Below are positions 38,562 to 54,260 of a stretch of DNA of 64,000 nucleotides, piece after piece. The notes below the pieces were generated by a model, which was not told the DNA's origin, made no database searches, and saw only the letters and a program-made list of their open reading frames with translations. Source of the DNA: Octopus sinensis (taxonomy: Eukaryota); NCBI RefSeq assembly GCF_006345805.1, contig NC_042997.1, forward strand, positions 105,524,001-105,588,000. The letters run 5' to 3'. The translations under genes were made by a program, and so were the position numbers. Numbering within the stretch: the stretch's first letter is position 1; every line of letters starts with the position of its first letter.

Positions 38562-38666
38562 GTTCCAGTCCCACTTCGTAGCACCTTGGGCAAGTCTCTT
38601 CTCCTATAGCATCCGGCCGACAAAGCCTTGTGAGTGGATATAGTAGTTGAAAACTGAAAGAAGCCC
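38562..38666 (+). mobile_element. SINE family A 5' half; its 3' half resumes at ~39284-39370
   Basis: GTTCCAGTCCCACTTCGTAGCACCTTGGGCAAGT..AACTGAAAGAAGCCC then (TA)n. The continuation GTTTGTTCCCCATCACCGCTTGATAAC..GGTGTGTTTACGTC lies beyond an inserted inverted segment. Confidence 0.75.
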
Positions 38667-38706
38667 ATATATATATATATATGTATTATATATATATATA
38701 TATATA

Positions 38707-39027
38707 TTTCAGATTTTGATGAAAATATATTGACTCAAACGAACCTCATTACATGACTGGTACTTTGTGTCTGTTGGAATGATGAAATTATTATTTGCAT
38801 ATGAATGATTTTTTCACTCAAAAGGTTAAAGGCCACAGCAAAATATTTCAATGCATTTCATGATTTATGGCAGGTTCATGGGATTTCAAAGTTTTATAAT
38901 CAAAGGCAAAGAACTGCTTAGTTATGGCGACGTAAACACACCACACTGTTATCAAGCGGTGATGGGGAACAAACGCAGACACAAAGGCACACACACACCA
39001 CACACACACACACACATACACACACAA

Positions 39028-39103
<76 letters not shown>

Positions 39104-39155
39104 GTGATGGGGAACAAACGCAGACACAAAGGCACACACACACACACACACGCAA

Positions 39156-39230
<75 letters not shown>

Positions 39231-39243
39231 GCATATATATATA

Positions 39244-39288
<45 letters not shown>

Positions 39289-39569
39289 CTTTGTGTCTGC
39301 GTTTGTTCCCCATCACCGCTTGATAACAGTGTTGGTGTGTTTACGTCGCCATAACTAAGCAGTTCTTTGCCCTTGATTATAAAACTTTGAAATCCCATGA
39401 ACCTGCCATAAATCATGAAATGCATTGAAATATTTTGCTGTGGCCTTTAACCTTTTGAGTGAAAAAATCATTCATATGCAAATAATAATTTCATCATTCC
39501 AACAGACACAAAGTACCAGTCATGTAATGAGGTTCGTTTGAGTCAATATATTTTCATCAAAATCTGAAA
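38707..39569. repeat. Near-perfect inverted duplication (~285-bp arms) around (TA)n/(CA)n tracts
   Basis: 38707-38990 versus 39284-39569: I see only about two differences (one substitution, one 1-bp indel) outside the microsatellite ends. An extra 32-bp partial copy lies at 39104-39135. Confidence 0.95.
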
Positions 39570-42500
39570 TTTATATTTTACACACCCTGCACTGTTTCCT
39601 CACTTACTCTATCTCTCTCTCTCTCTCTCTTTCGCTATGTATCTATCTATCATCCATCTATCTATCTATCTATCTACTTACCCTTATATATATCTTTCCT
39701 TCCTCATACGCTGTCTCTCTCAGACGAGATTTTCTCATCATAAGAGTTTTGTATTTCAGGCTAAAACTTGGATGTTCTTAACCGGGCATCCATCTTAGCA
39801 TCTAGGCGATTACTCGGTTGCTTAAGTTCGGGTGAATGATTGAGTTTATGTGTAGCTTTATGACAGATTTGATATTTTCAGCATTAATATTATAAGGTAC
39901 ATTAAAAAGACATTAATTCGAAATAGTGTTTCAATTATTTCATTTGGTTCGACACCAAACTAATATAACAAAATTAAAACAAAATTGTAAGAAATATTCA
40001 TAGTTTTGGGGGAAAGGAGAGGAAGGTAGGAATCCTGAAGAAAAGTAGACATCTTCTGCTAAAGTAATTTTAGCAAGCAAGGTATTCGAATAATAAACGT
40101 TGATAAGCTATTGAGATTGTTGTAGATTTTATAATGGTACTCATACAGCTGTTTTTAGACCGAGGTCACTCTTTATATAGGACTACAATAAAGAACGTGC
40201 CAACCTATTTGGAAATATTTCGAGAACACATTTTAGAACACAGCTCTTCTTTACTTAAGACAATGACTTAATGGAATTTTGGCTGTTACTTTTTGGAAAT
40301 AGGATGACTGTTGCTTCATTTATTTACTCGATGGTGGCGTGGGTAGTTTTATCAAAGATGGTGATGATGGTGGTAGTGTTTTGTCGTTAAGAAATCCGAC
40401 GCGGCTAAGTCGTGTGTTTTTTAATGATTTTTTTATTATAAAGTATTTCTCTTAAGTAGTGGTGTCTGGTATTTAAGCTTTCTTAATTATAAAATACTGG
40501 TATTAGCTAGGATAGAGATTTGTGTTGCAACACGCGTATGTCTGATTTGTCCATCAAATATTTTTTATGACTCTTGGCTCTAGGAAAGATCAAGTAATAA
40601 TATTGCAGTGTGAGTACAAATATCATTGAGTTTAATTTAGATTATATTTATTTATTTCATGATTTGATTTTTAATGTTAGATGACAAACGAATTGAACAA
40701 ACAGTAATTTCGTATGTGAACATGTAGAGAAATGTAACGGGTAGATATTAACTTCTTTTGACTTTATAAAGAAGCAGTTTTGTTTAGTTAAGTGGGCCAA
40801 GAGAATTTGTAACATAATGTCATTTCTAAGGACAGTACTTGCACAAATGAGGTAGAATACCTTCCACTTGCAATAATACCGCCACCTTTGTTGTTCATCA
40901 AACACGTCACGTGCTCTTGATGCGCTTACCTTAATAAATTAATGGTAATTGAACACATAAAACTGCAAGACTTAGCCATGACATCTTAACTGTCATGTTG
41001 AGATCACAATTCACTTATAAATCATTGCTTGTTTTTTATTGTGTCATGAGTATGGCAGTGAAAGCGACCATAATGCAAACAGAGTTCATATCCAAAGATG
41101 ATGATATTCCTTATGTCATTCACAATATTTTAGTAAAATATAAACAAACTTTATCAGCACTAGCAACATCTATAAGCCGAGACTTAACCACTGCTTCTCA
41201 TTACATTGGAAAATGCTGTGTAATCTTCACCTAGAGGAAAAATGGATCAGTGGATGGCAGTTAGTAGTTTAAAGGATTGTGTATATGCTACGATAGTTTC
41301 GCTCGGTTAGAGTTGATAAACGCAACAACTAATAATAGAAAATAACTGCAAAATATTTCTCATATATTTGTTTTCATAGAAGTTTTACAATTTATTTTAA
41401 CTCCAAGTATTGAATTAATCCAGTTCAACTTTAAACAGAAAATCTAGCCTAAAAAAATACAGATACATTTTAGGGTAATTGATTAATTATGTTGGTTACG
41501 AGAAGGAAACTCTTAACTACTTTGTTTTATTTTCTTATCTTATTATCTTGTGAAATTATTTACTGTATATTTAGGTTGCTTAACCGGTTTCAATATGTTG
41601 TGCAACATCTCTCCATCTCGCTTAATTTTTATATAATTTTTTTATTCATCCTCATATTATTTTGTATCACCTTTGTAAAAAGTCGTATGTATGAAAGATG
41701 AAAGTAAAATATATTACAGCTACTGTTGCTGTCAGGTTGATGGACGAAATGTCAGATATATGATTTAGGTCCTTTCTGTGTTCTAATCACCATTCTAACC
41801 TTTGTCCAAATGTGGAGTCTGCAACACAGGTACGAGTTATGTATTCCGTTGAGTATCAACCAACCTATTATCAGTGCATTTCCTCTAAATTTATTATCCA
41901 AACGAGCATGATGCAATATTTAGTTACGCGCTTCCCACCTACTGGTAATATTACTAATTATGAACATTAAGATACTTGTTTCACCAAGTTACACTTAACA
42001 TATCTCGAAATGCAATTGTTAAAACATATATAAGACCTAAATGTATATTATGTAACTCCTCTTAATATAACACAATTATAATTTGCAATGGTTCTAATTA
42101 ACCGATTTTCTACGGTATTGTAGTTTAAGTATAACAAATCTCAAGAGAAAATATCATTTGACCGACATCTTAATTTATGTTTCTATGTATCAATGTATGT
42201 ATAAAGATAAGCTAGGAAGTACTCAATCACATATACAAGCATACACACGCACACACGCACACACACACACGCGTACACGTACACACACATACACACACGC
42301 TCGCATGCACATACACACACACACACATATATATGTAGTGAAATTCATAAATGTTTTTAACATAGGTACAAGATCTGAAACTTTGGGTGAGACGTTGGCT
42401 GATAAAATGGACCACACAACCTGACAAGTACTTTACGTTTTCTATCCTGGAATGATTCAAAAGCAGAGTTGACAGTGGCTGAATTCGAAATGAGAATGTA

Positions 42501-42786
42501 AGAAAACGGAACGAATAGTACAAAGCATCTCTTATCCCACCGAGTATAATATGAAGAAAATGCGATGGCGACAACGATAGAAACAACAATAGTAATAACT
42601 AACATTATTATTTCCAATTTACGCACAAAACCAGTAATTTCATAGGAGAAGCAAGTCAATTGCATTTAACTCTGTGCTTGACTGGGACCTATTTTATCAA
42701 TCATTGTTAGAGGAAAAACAAAATTTGGAATGTGAACTTAGAAGGACTGAACCGAAGGAATATTGCACGGTATTTAGTTCCATGCC

Positions 42787-42836
42787 ATAATAATAATAAT
42801 AATGATAATAATAATAATAATAATAATAATATAATA

Positions 42837-42874
<38 letters not shown>

Positions 42875-42875
42875 C

Positions 42876-42930
<55 letters not shown>
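42787..42930. repeat. Compound (AAT)n(GAT)n(AAT)n microsatellite
   Basis: Direct reading of the sequence. Confidence 0.95.
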
Positions 42931-42933
<3 letters not shown>

Positions 42934-43396
42934 TATCTTGATAATAGCTTGATAGAGATGATGTCTCGATAAAAACACCGTTTGGTAGTAACCTAAAAGC
43001 GCACTTCATTTGTGAGTGAAAATGCCAAGCAAAAGAGATGACAATAACGAATTGAACGGGACTGGAACTAATGGTAAACGTTCCGTACCTAGCAGGTGTC
43101 ACAATGTGCATGAGGGTGGGGCCGGTCGTATTCTAGCCGCTGCTAGTCATGCTAGTGAACACAGTCCACCGTTTTAATGCTGACATTAGAATGGAATTCG
43201 GCTTTGACTGAGCCACATCTATGATAGAAGACATTTGTCTAAGTTGTCACCGAGTGAGATCGAGCCCGAATCACTTTGTTATGAAGAGAATTTTTAACTA
43301 CACATTCTAGCACACATTTCATAGCATATGCGCAAATCCACATATACGTACATACACACACAAACACATATATATATACAAAAATGCACACATATG

Positions 43397-43435
<39 letters not shown>

Positions 43436-43450
43436 CAAATATATAAAAAA

Positions 43451-43649
43451 GCTCCACGAGGCTCCGGTAGGAGGTGGTGATCCCTGCTGTACTCCTTCAC
43501 CACTTTTTCTCCCACTCTTTCTTCTGTTTACCTGCTCGCATAGCCAGCGGGATGGCGTCATTCGAAGGCTAAAACAATGCGAACGCATTGTGACCAGCGA
43601 TGTGTAACAACATCTGATAGTCTGGTCGGTCATGTGATGGTCACGTGAT
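43451..43649 (+). mobile_element. 5'-truncated SINE family D copy
   Basis: Reverse complement of 35741-35945 (CTCCACGAGGCTCCGG..GGCTAAAACAATGCGAACGCATTGTGACCAGCGATG). Confidence 0.85.
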
Positions 43650-45141
43650 CACATACAAATATACATATATATATGAGAGTGTTTATGAGAATGAATGCGA
43701 ATAAATTTAGCCAACGAGCATTTATTGGACAATTCCTTGGTTTCTTGTATAAAAAAAAAGAAAGAATTTTTTTACGCAGTTTACTGAAGAAATGTATGAC
43801 GATCTGAAAAGAAAGTTAATAAAAAAAATATTAAGTCGACAGAAACTGTAACCAGCTGATTATCATTAAGAAACTCTTAAAGTTCTGAAACGTAATTCTA
43901 GACTTTCTGGTAGACATCAGCATTATCTCTACAATAAAAATATGTCAAGATAGTCTCAGGCAAACATAAAGACGATGTACAGTGAAAGTATTTCGATGTT
44001 AGAAATATTGTACAACAGAAATTGGCGGATAGTTGTTGTTTTCTGTCGCTTGATAATAACCATTTGCGAATATTTATAACAAAGTTGCAATGTTACACAG
44101 TCTATATGTGTAGTTAATATTTTATGTTACAAAGCGAAGCAACGCTAAAATAATAATGGATAAGAAAAAATACTAAGTCCTATAACAGTTGAACAGTTCT
44201 GTGTTAGATTCTAAATCATTTAAATAGATATGTATCAGCCCGGAGATCACCAAGTTCAATGCCGACGCTGTTTCAAAACTAAACATACTTAAGTTAGATG
44301 CAAGCAACAAAGCTGAAGATGTGACCGAAAGTGATTTTATCAGTTTACATCTCTATGCTTCCCACACAATGAAACCTCTCAATCCTGAAGTGATTGGCTC
44401 AAGAAAAGATGAAGTGTACTGCTAACAATATCTGGAGTATTTCACCAAAAGGTCAAGACGTTTTCTCAAGACGTTTTCTAGTAAAAAAAACTGTTTGTCA
44501 AATTGTGCGTTTTAAGTCTACAGATTCCTCTTAAATATCACCCTACGACCAAATACTCCTCCATTTCTGTTAAGTTCCTCTCTCATGTCGACCATCAATA
44601 CTCAGTAAAGTAAAGTTGTGACTCCTGACGCTAGCAAAGCCTCGAACTCTAAAAATATGTTAAACGTAGTTTTATGACTATATAGATATTTGTAAGATTA
44701 CAGAGCAATATGGAAATATATTTAAAAGCATATGAGAAAAAACAGCAAAAATAATTTTTTTAGCTAATTATATACAACATCACCGCGCAAAATATGAGGT
44801 TTATGATTTCTGTCTCGGAATAATTTAACACTGTAGTAGCCACTACATCGTATTGGTAAAATCGAATCTGAATAGATTTTCGACTGAGTCATACAAAATT
44901 TCTTACTGACAGACTAAGTTTAATCTTAATAGTTTAGGTAGCATGAGAATTTTGTGATGTCTTCAGAATTGTTAACAAACAAATCTTAAACTACATCATC
45001 TTTACCTTCTCCTACTGATAAATATGAACGTACAAAACATATTATAGACACTACATACTTGTTCTTTTTTTTTCTGTGTGAATCGAGTAAGTTTATATAT
45101 TCGTAACAAGAGCATAAACCTTGATATATGTGTGTGTATGA

Positions 45142-45218
<77 letters not shown>

Positions 45219-45379
45219 TAGATAGATAGATATATATATATATATATAAAGGGCATTTATGTGTATAAATGCCCTTAATATCAATAAATACATTTAAAGG
45301 GAATAATTATAACTTTTTCCCTTATGAGGTTTTCAAGCTGACTACTTGATAAATTCTTATAAAGATTTTATCCTATTTT

Positions 45380-45430
<51 letters not shown>

Positions 45431-46157
45431 ATATGTATGTATACATGTATGTATGTATTTATGTATGTATTTATGTATGTATGTATTTATGTATGTATGT
45501 ATGTATGTATGTATGTATGCATGCATGTATGTATGTATGTATGTATGTATGTATGTATGTATGTATGTATGTATGTATGCATGTGTGAATATATGAGTAA
45601 ATATATGTGTTTGTGTGTCTGTGTGTCTGTGAATATTCATGTATTTCCTGGCGTTTACAAAGATGTGGATGGACACAATTAATTGGTGAATTTCCATAGC
45701 ATAAAGGTTTAGAAATATGAAATAATATTTTACTTCGATTCTTAATATTAGTTTTGTTTGGAATCTAAAAGAGAATGTTTAAAGGTTTTTTGACGTTTTC
45801 ACATAAATACAAGTAATATTTAGTTATTGGCGCTGTTTGCTGGCGAATTGTGGAAAGATGGGCAGCGTGGACTCCGGAACTGTAAATTAACACACACAGA
45901 ATTGTAATATGTTCCGAAGAAAACAGAAAATAAACAGAAATTCAAAAAATTCCAACAACTAACAAAAAACAAACATAATCGTTGGCTTCTTCGAAATGAA
46001 AGAATATGAAGAAGCAATAATGTTGACAAGAAAAGAAAACTGGTCACGATTACCTTTTCCTGTCACACTGACGATGAAATTCATTTTCTGTGTGGACCGA
46101 CTGGAATAATAACAACGACGACGATAACAACAACACAGCACCACCACCAACAGCAAC

Positions 46158-46340
<183 letters not shown>

Positions 46341-49320
46341 ACAGCAACAATAAGGTGGAATAAGGTGAGGAGGAGTAAAATGTGTGGTGAGAGGCAAGGG
46401 TAACGCAGAAACAACAAAACATAGCATCAATAATAAAACAATAAATCTTGTAAAAAGTACAAGTGCTGTGACTGATTGTCTGTGACAGATGACAAGATCA
46501 CGTCTCTGACGAGAATGTAACTGCATAAACGTTAACACCTCGAATCTGCTTAGATGAAAAAGAAAAAAGAAGGAAAATAACTGAAAGAACTGAAAAACAA
46601 AAATGACTACCCAGACCACGATGACAGACACCCAAAGTTAACAATCAATCATTGTGTAAAGAGGGAAGTGCAGAAAATATTTCAAAATTTGTAAAAGTAA
46701 GCAAGAAACGAAGTAACATTAACAAGAATTGTGCACAAAAACTAACAGCAACACGACTGCTTTAGACATAATCCAAATAACTCGTTGCATGTCTTTCAGA
46801 ACTGATTCGAGTGACTCTTCATAAAGTAAGACAAAAAAATTAAAAATACAAGCAAAATAGAAGTGTTATGGCAGAATGGTGACATGACTTAATGTTCTAC
46901 GCATATGTGAATGTCAATCCGTATGCAGGCATCCTCTGCCTTACGGAAACGTTGTGTTCCCCCAAATCTAACCGTAGCATGGATTTCTGTAACCTGAAAC
47001 ATTTCTTTTTGACTTCTATACAAAATGAAAGTCACTGGAAAATAGTATTGACGTCACTGAACTTTATGTAATAAGGAAAATACCTGTATCACTAAAATAA
47101 TTTATTCGTGTCCTTCTTTTGGATACATTTCTAGTATTGTGGTTGTTTCTGTATCTAGGGGGTCACATATCCGCCATTAAAGAAAATAGTTGATATTTTA
47201 TGAACGGTGCTTCAAAAGGTTATACGCGTAGGCAGTGCATTTAATCATTACTCTTCTAATATTCGGATGTGTATAGAGCATAGTATAGTCATGATCAGTA
47301 AGTTGTTAGTTAGACACATAGCTAGAGTGGTAGATGCTCTTCTAAGAGTGACACATTTCCAGCTTAAATGATGATGGTTGATATTTCATGATCGGTACAG
47401 CAAAATGCTATATGTATAAGCAGTGCACTCAAGTGAAATCGTTTGACGGGGTTGGGTATGTATATATAGGCATAGTCATAAATTTATAATGCAGCTGTAA
47501 GCGATGGGTAATAAAATCTCCATAACCCCTTGCACATCCAAAGGAGATTCTGAGCATCTTTACAGACGTGTTTTGTGTTTCTTGCTTATCGATCACGGAT
47601 TGATGAAAGGTAGAATTTGAAACAATAATGCAAAGTGTCGCAACTAAAATACAGAAAAGTATGTTATCCGGCACTATAAATACAGATAAGTATGTTATCC
47701 GACACTCTAAATATCTTCCCAATTTCCTGTTTTAAATGGACGGAATAATATTATATAATTAATTAATAATTTTCGGAATGCTGGAGATATGTAAGACCGA
47801 TTTTTTATATTCGTCTCTTGCGAGTTAATTAATGATATTCTCCTGTAAAATACGCTAATGTAGCACAGTTACGTTTGTCTTTTTATTAACTTAGTAGTCA
47901 TCACAACTCTTTCGCTGCAAACAGAACAAATGTGTCTTACAGAAATAGTACCTGTGAACGAGCGCGTAGAGGCTCAGCGAGAAAGAACAGCCAAATTTTC
48001 TGAAATGATACTCTGGCATCTTAAAACAGTTTTAGATATACAAAAAGGCTGACTGGACCGTTGTTCAAGAATGGATATCTTTTGATCTTCGATCTGAGCA
48101 TTCTGAGATGACCAGGGGGTAAAACAACAACAGCAGTCACTAATTCTACATTAAAGATACTACAATGTTTAAGTTGGTGTTAAAATATTTAATTCATACA
48201 ACATGAAAAGAGAAAAACTCGAAATATTTATGCGTAGTTGAAATAATAATAATAATACAGTAATATCTCACAGTCATGATACAGTTATGAAAGTTGAACG
48301 TGGAGGAAAAATTATATAATGGAATATCTTATACCTTTCTCTAAAGTATGAAATATTCATAAAGAGATGCCAGTTGTAGATATTTCGGATCTACCCTGTA
48401 ACGTTTTGTATAGTATAGAGAACAGGACGAAGGTATTAACTCCTGAAGTTAGTATACTACAAATGTAACACAGGTTCGTGATACATTGTTTCATGTAAGT
48501 GACATAGAAAATAAATATTCAGGAAACAAGTATATATTGAATCATAAACACAGGCTTCCCGAACCTTCTTTTTCCTTTGGTCCTCGTATATCTATCTGTA
48601 TCTCATATACTTATATAATTAAAAACTCAAACATATATATTTCATATTTAACTACATACAGTCACATACAAACAATGATAATGACATACATGTATAGAAA
48701 GGCGTAGATTTCGTTGATAAAGCTCTTTCTAACATATGCATCTGAAGAGTATGATTGCTTTATCGACACGGAAAATTAATCATGACAATAACACATAATA
48801 GTGTATTTATTTCACGACACTAAATGATATTTTATAAGTGGAACTATAATAGTTTCTCTCCATCTAATTCCTGTTGTTACACTCGATTAATTACAATTTA
48901 CCAATCTGTGATTATCTACATACAATATGCATTGCATACAGAACACCCGCGAGGCAATGCTTTCATAAATTACAAATATACGTTCTTACAGTTTCAGCAA
49001 ATTAGAAATAAATCTGAAAATAGACTGGCATAAAACAGAAGACAAACATACACATAATTCGTGTTTCCTGATCTGAAAGTTTTCCCTCTTAATTACCATA
49101 AAGAATACGTAAGTACCTCAACGTAGCAGTACGTATTTAAGCTATTTCGAATTAGCAAGTGGTCGTGTAAACATAGTTATCGACATTTGTTAAGTAAAAA
49201 AAAAATATACATACTTTATAGGCAAACAAATATAGACGTACAAACACATACAAATACTGAATAAAAAAAACAACATACATATATTTATACAGTCATACAT
49301 ATATATACATATATACATAC

Positions 49321-49424
<104 letters not shown>

Positions 49425-49764
49425 ATATACATAGCAGCATCGGCAATTATGTATCTTTACTGTTTAACATGCAGAGAAGACACTAAAATTAGATTCGCTT
49501 TTCTTTTCCTCCTACTGTGATATGACCAATCATTTCTTCCAACGGCAGTCGTATATGACTTTATACGCACGAGATATGTATGTATGTGTTTATGAATGTG
49601 GCTGAGAATTTATTTCGCTATGCATGAATGAATAAAAGCATGTACGCACTTATATAGTATCCATGTACGTATGTATGTATTATGCATGTATGCATTATGT
49701 ATTTATGTATGTGTATATGTATGTCTGATTGTGAGTATGTGTAAGTGTGTATGTATGTATGTAC

Positions 49765-49815
<51 letters not shown>

Positions 49816-50359
49816 ACTATCTATCTATCTATCTATATATCTATCTATGTGAGTATGTTTGTATCATTTGGCTAATATTTTAATATACGAGGGGAGATGA
49901 CTATGTTTCAGAAGATAGTTTTACGCTCATGTCTACGAAATGACTTCGTGAAAACTAGATTAATGATTCAGCTTACACCGAGCCTTCTAAATGAACTTGG
50001 GTGGACACAAACTGTACTGTACCTTATTGACTGGCACATAGCTGTTTTTCATGGTAGTCTAGCGCATAGTTTAGCAGTACAGTTGCTGCTGCTTCGGCAT
50101 CTTTTAGCGGTGTCCGATCTTTCTCAAGCCTTATAACCAGGTTTCCGGTTTCAAGAGAGTTGTACTACACTGCTTCATGTACAGGAAATCACGACTGGGC
50201 TTTTCTCAATACCACCTTTTCCTTCCAGATAGGGAGTCTTGCAAAAATTGGCAGAGGTAGGTGTGTGGGTCCGACCGTTTTACCTTACATAGATATACAT
50301 ATACCTGACATAGATATACATACATAGATATACACAAATATGTATGTTTAGATATATAG

Positions 50360-50362
50360 ATT

Positions 50363-50435
<73 letters not shown>

Positions 50436-50493
50436 GCAGGCAAGCAGGCAGACAGTCAGACAGACGGACAGACAGGCAACCAGACAGACAGAC

Positions 50494-50568
<75 letters not shown>
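50360..50568. repeat. (GATA)n/(GACA)n compound microsatellite
   Basis: Direct reading of the sequence. Confidence 0.95.
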
Positions 50569-51374
50569 AACATAGATAGGTTGATCAGGTCGATCTATGT
50601 TTTTTAACGTTCCCTAGCCGAGAACATAAGCACCAATGAAGGAGTTTTACACAGTCAGTTATACAATTAACGCCGACAACCATGTATGCTAACTTACCCA
50701 TTGGGTGAACTCAGAAAAATAGTATACATACAGTTATACATAATCTATAAATACACAAGTAATTGTTTGAACATGACTTCAAACAAGACTAAAGAATATC
50801 ATTCCCAAATTATATCTATTGAAAGAAATGCTCTGAACACTGGAGTTTCCAACCTCTTCACGGGCTGGATCTGTCAGATAGACGAAATATGTGATAGATT
50901 TCTGATAATGCACTATTCAACCACAAACTTTTTAGGAAGACTGGGGGATGGTGCGAGTAAGAAATGAATGCTCTACTTTCCCCATTCAACACATGTAAAT
51001 ACCTAATATGAAATAGAGCATTGCTATCTTCTAGATATTTATATTGTGTATTGCGTGCTGCTAGAAAATTTACACCTTGGATGATATATCCAAGTTGTGC
51101 GCATTTCATTTTAGTTACACGAAATAGATCAAGCCTTGTTTAAAAAAAAACCAAAAAAATCTTCAATGTGCTTCTCAGACTTTTTCGACTGTCGACAGAT
51201 TTTCCTTTGCCATACCTTTTCAGTGTCTTACATTGCATTGTAAGAATCCAGTAAAACTAAATAATTCTGAGGAGAATAGTTACCGTCAGGAGGATAACCA
51301 TTTAAAAACTACATGTTCGTAAATCATTACATTAAAATGGAATGTCAAAATAGCATTTTGATAATTAATATTGG

Positions 51375-51584
51375 TTTTTACATTTTGGAACAAGGCCACC
51401 AATTTTGGAGGAGGGAGTAAATCGATTAGACCGACTCCAGTACTCAACATATACTTATTTTATCGATCCAGAAAGGATGAAAGACAAAGTGGACTTCGGT
51501 GGCATTTGAGCTCAGAACGTTAAGACAGACGAAATACTAGTAAGCACTTTCCCGGTGTGCTAATGTTTCTGCCCGTACGCCGCC
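51375..51584 (-). mobile_element. SINE family B variant with an alternative tail
   Basis: TTATTTTATCGATCCAGAAAGGATGAAAGACAAAGTGGACTTCGGTGGCATTTGAGCTCAGAACG..CGCCGCC; tail as at 18930-18975. Confidence 0.75.
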
Positions 51585-52840
51585 AAATTCCGACCATTAA
51601 TATTACCATATGATTCAGAAACACAATAGCTACTGAAAATAATTCAGTTTGAAAATATGTGCAACTGCTTATTTACTTATGCACACTTCGAAGTCCATTA
51701 TAATTTGTTGTGATTGTAGCTAAGAAGCGGCTGTGACTATACTATAATAAGTTTTTAAAGATTAAATTTAAACAAGATACAACGACGGAAAATCATTGCA
51801 GATGCATCTGTAGCCCATTACCTGTTGACCTGTTTGTTCTCAGTACCCATAAATATTTTCCACTGCCTTCAATACGGATCCGTATCCCATATTTTGAGAA
51901 GTGTTAATATTGGCTGTGTGATTATTTTCCAGTGGTAATTCCCACCCCAAGGAACTCTTGTCCTGAATAAAGTACTTCGGCGAAAGGCCCAACACTTGTT
52001 TAAGCTTGCAAGTCTCCTCTTAGCATGCTATTGATGTTGTTCAAGTTAAAGGGTAACGCCGATAGAGTTTGGCATCAATGGCGTCGCAGGTGTCATATCA
52101 GAACACGAAGAGCAAGAACACATATCATGTTTGGGGCCTTTAACTATCCTATCAACCAGCTGAAAGGACGAAAGACAATGTTGGCCAGGGTGGGGTTTGA
52201 ACTCAGAGCAGAGGAAATCAGAGTGTATACTATATGTTATATTAATCTATTCTACCGATTCGCCACCATATAGATCAGAGTAAATGTGTGGGGGATTCAT
52301 AAGTGTGCGTGTGTGTGTACGCGCGTGCATGCGTGCGCGCGTGTGTGTGTACACGCGTGCATGTGTGTGTATGTGTATATACATACGTATATGTATGCCA
52401 ACGTGCACGTGCGCATACTAGCGTTTCATAAATAGCGTATATTATGTCTTAATTAATCCGGGATCATGGAATATATATTAATAAATATATAGTGTCGCCA
52501 GAGCGCGCGTGTCAAAATCATAGAAATTGAGGGCGCGCGTGTTTGTTTGCGTGTAAGTGCGTTTGTTCTATGCGTGTATATGTGTGTAAGTGGGTGTTTG
52601 CCTGTTTTTGCGTGTGGATGTGTGTGTCAGTGTCATTACTTAGGCTTTTAGGTGTTAAATTACTCAACTGGTTCCCAAAATTATTTAGTTAATCTTACCA
52701 CGGGGGCTCTAAGAAATGGCGTCAGGCATTATTACTATATTCTCTCTTTTTTTCTTTTTTTTTTTTGTAGTGGTACTCGATTAAGAGGTTACGAAGCAAT
52801 TCCTCATACCAATTATCATTAGGCTATTGCACATAAAATG

Positions 52841-53170
52841 GTAAAGACCCCCTTCGGTCACGAATGGCCATGGGATTGCACCTAGAAAGTTTCTCTCCGA
52901 GGCAAGGTTGTTTTATGGAAGACCAGCAGTCACCCATGCACACCAGCCTCTCGTCTCCACGTCACCGATGTTATCCAACGGAAGGGTAAAGGCCGATACA
53001 GCTTGGCACCAGTGATGTCGTAACTCGTTTCTACAGCTAGAGCAACGTGAACTAGAGCAACGTGGAATAAAGTGTCTTGCTCAGGAAAACGACGCATAGC
53101 CCAATCCAGGAATCGAACTCACTACCTCATGATTTTGAGCCCGACACTCTAGTCACTGAACCATGTGTCA
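52841..53170 (-). mobile_element. SINE family C, near full length
   Basis: Homologous to 13313-13625 and retains the segment deleted there. Confidence 0.85.
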
Positions 53171-53431
53171 CACAATTTTCCAACAAATGATTGAATGCTA
53201 CACTATAACAAGCAAAAGAGAATAATACCAACGTTTCAAAACTAGTGAGAGATGACAGTACTCTGCCGAATTAAACAGGAAATCCTCAATGTTACCTCTT
53301 AACATGAGAATGGTCTTTTTTTCCAGGTCTTGTACTGATTACGTAGGCGCCTATGGTAATAAGCGAACACATAGTACAATTCATCAAGCCCTACATGAGG
53401 ATTTTATTCCAAGTATATATATATACATACC

Positions 53432-53519
<88 letters not shown>

Positions 53520-54127
53520 TATGCGTGCCTGTATGTATATGTGTGTGTATATTTATGTACATATAGGCACGTATCTATATAACTATATGTATCTGCCTGT
53601 CTGTCTGTTTGTCTGTCTATCAATCTATCAATTTTTCTATACACACGCATATAGTTAGTAGTTAATAAATCGCATGGTATGATATACATCTGATAGTTTA
53701 CCGGTAAAGCATGTTCACTGACTTAGTGTTTGTCGAGTATAGAATTGATGAGAGGGATGCAAGATGGAGAGTGCGGGAATGTTTATTGCACACTATAATC
53801 GTGTCTTCCCATCTGGCATTATGCGGTAATAAATTGAGCGAAATATTGTACTTTAGCGAGATACCTGAGACACGACTACACTGAGGAATATACCTAAACT
53901 AGTTGTGAAGTATCCCACCCGCGAGGGATCGACGCTAGATGTGTCGAAACGATCGTAGTGATCAATGAAGAATCTGGTATTTTCCATCTTCCGTATCTCT
54001 CATTCATTATACATACATACAGATACATATATATGTGTGTGTGTGGTGTGTGTGTGTATATATGTATATATGTATTTCTGTATTATGTGTATATGTATAT
54101 ATGTATATATGTATATATGTATATATG

Positions 54128-54160
<33 letters not shown>

Positions 54161-54172
54161 GTATATATATTG

Positions 54173-54259
<87 letters not shown>

Positions 54260-54260
<1 letters not shown>

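Noticed and set aside
43750-44420. Possible decayed integrase/Ginger-like transposase
   Set aside because: Only vague residue similarity, with no intact D,D-E motif or terminal repeats visible.
49887-50140. TACGAGGGG start suggesting a mariner TIR
   Set aside because: No matching second TIR or transposase motif was found.
52295-52400. Long alternating purine-pyrimidine tract rich in CG/GC (Z-DNA-prone)
   Set aside because: Indistinguishable from a degenerate (GT)n microsatellite, which is common in this window.
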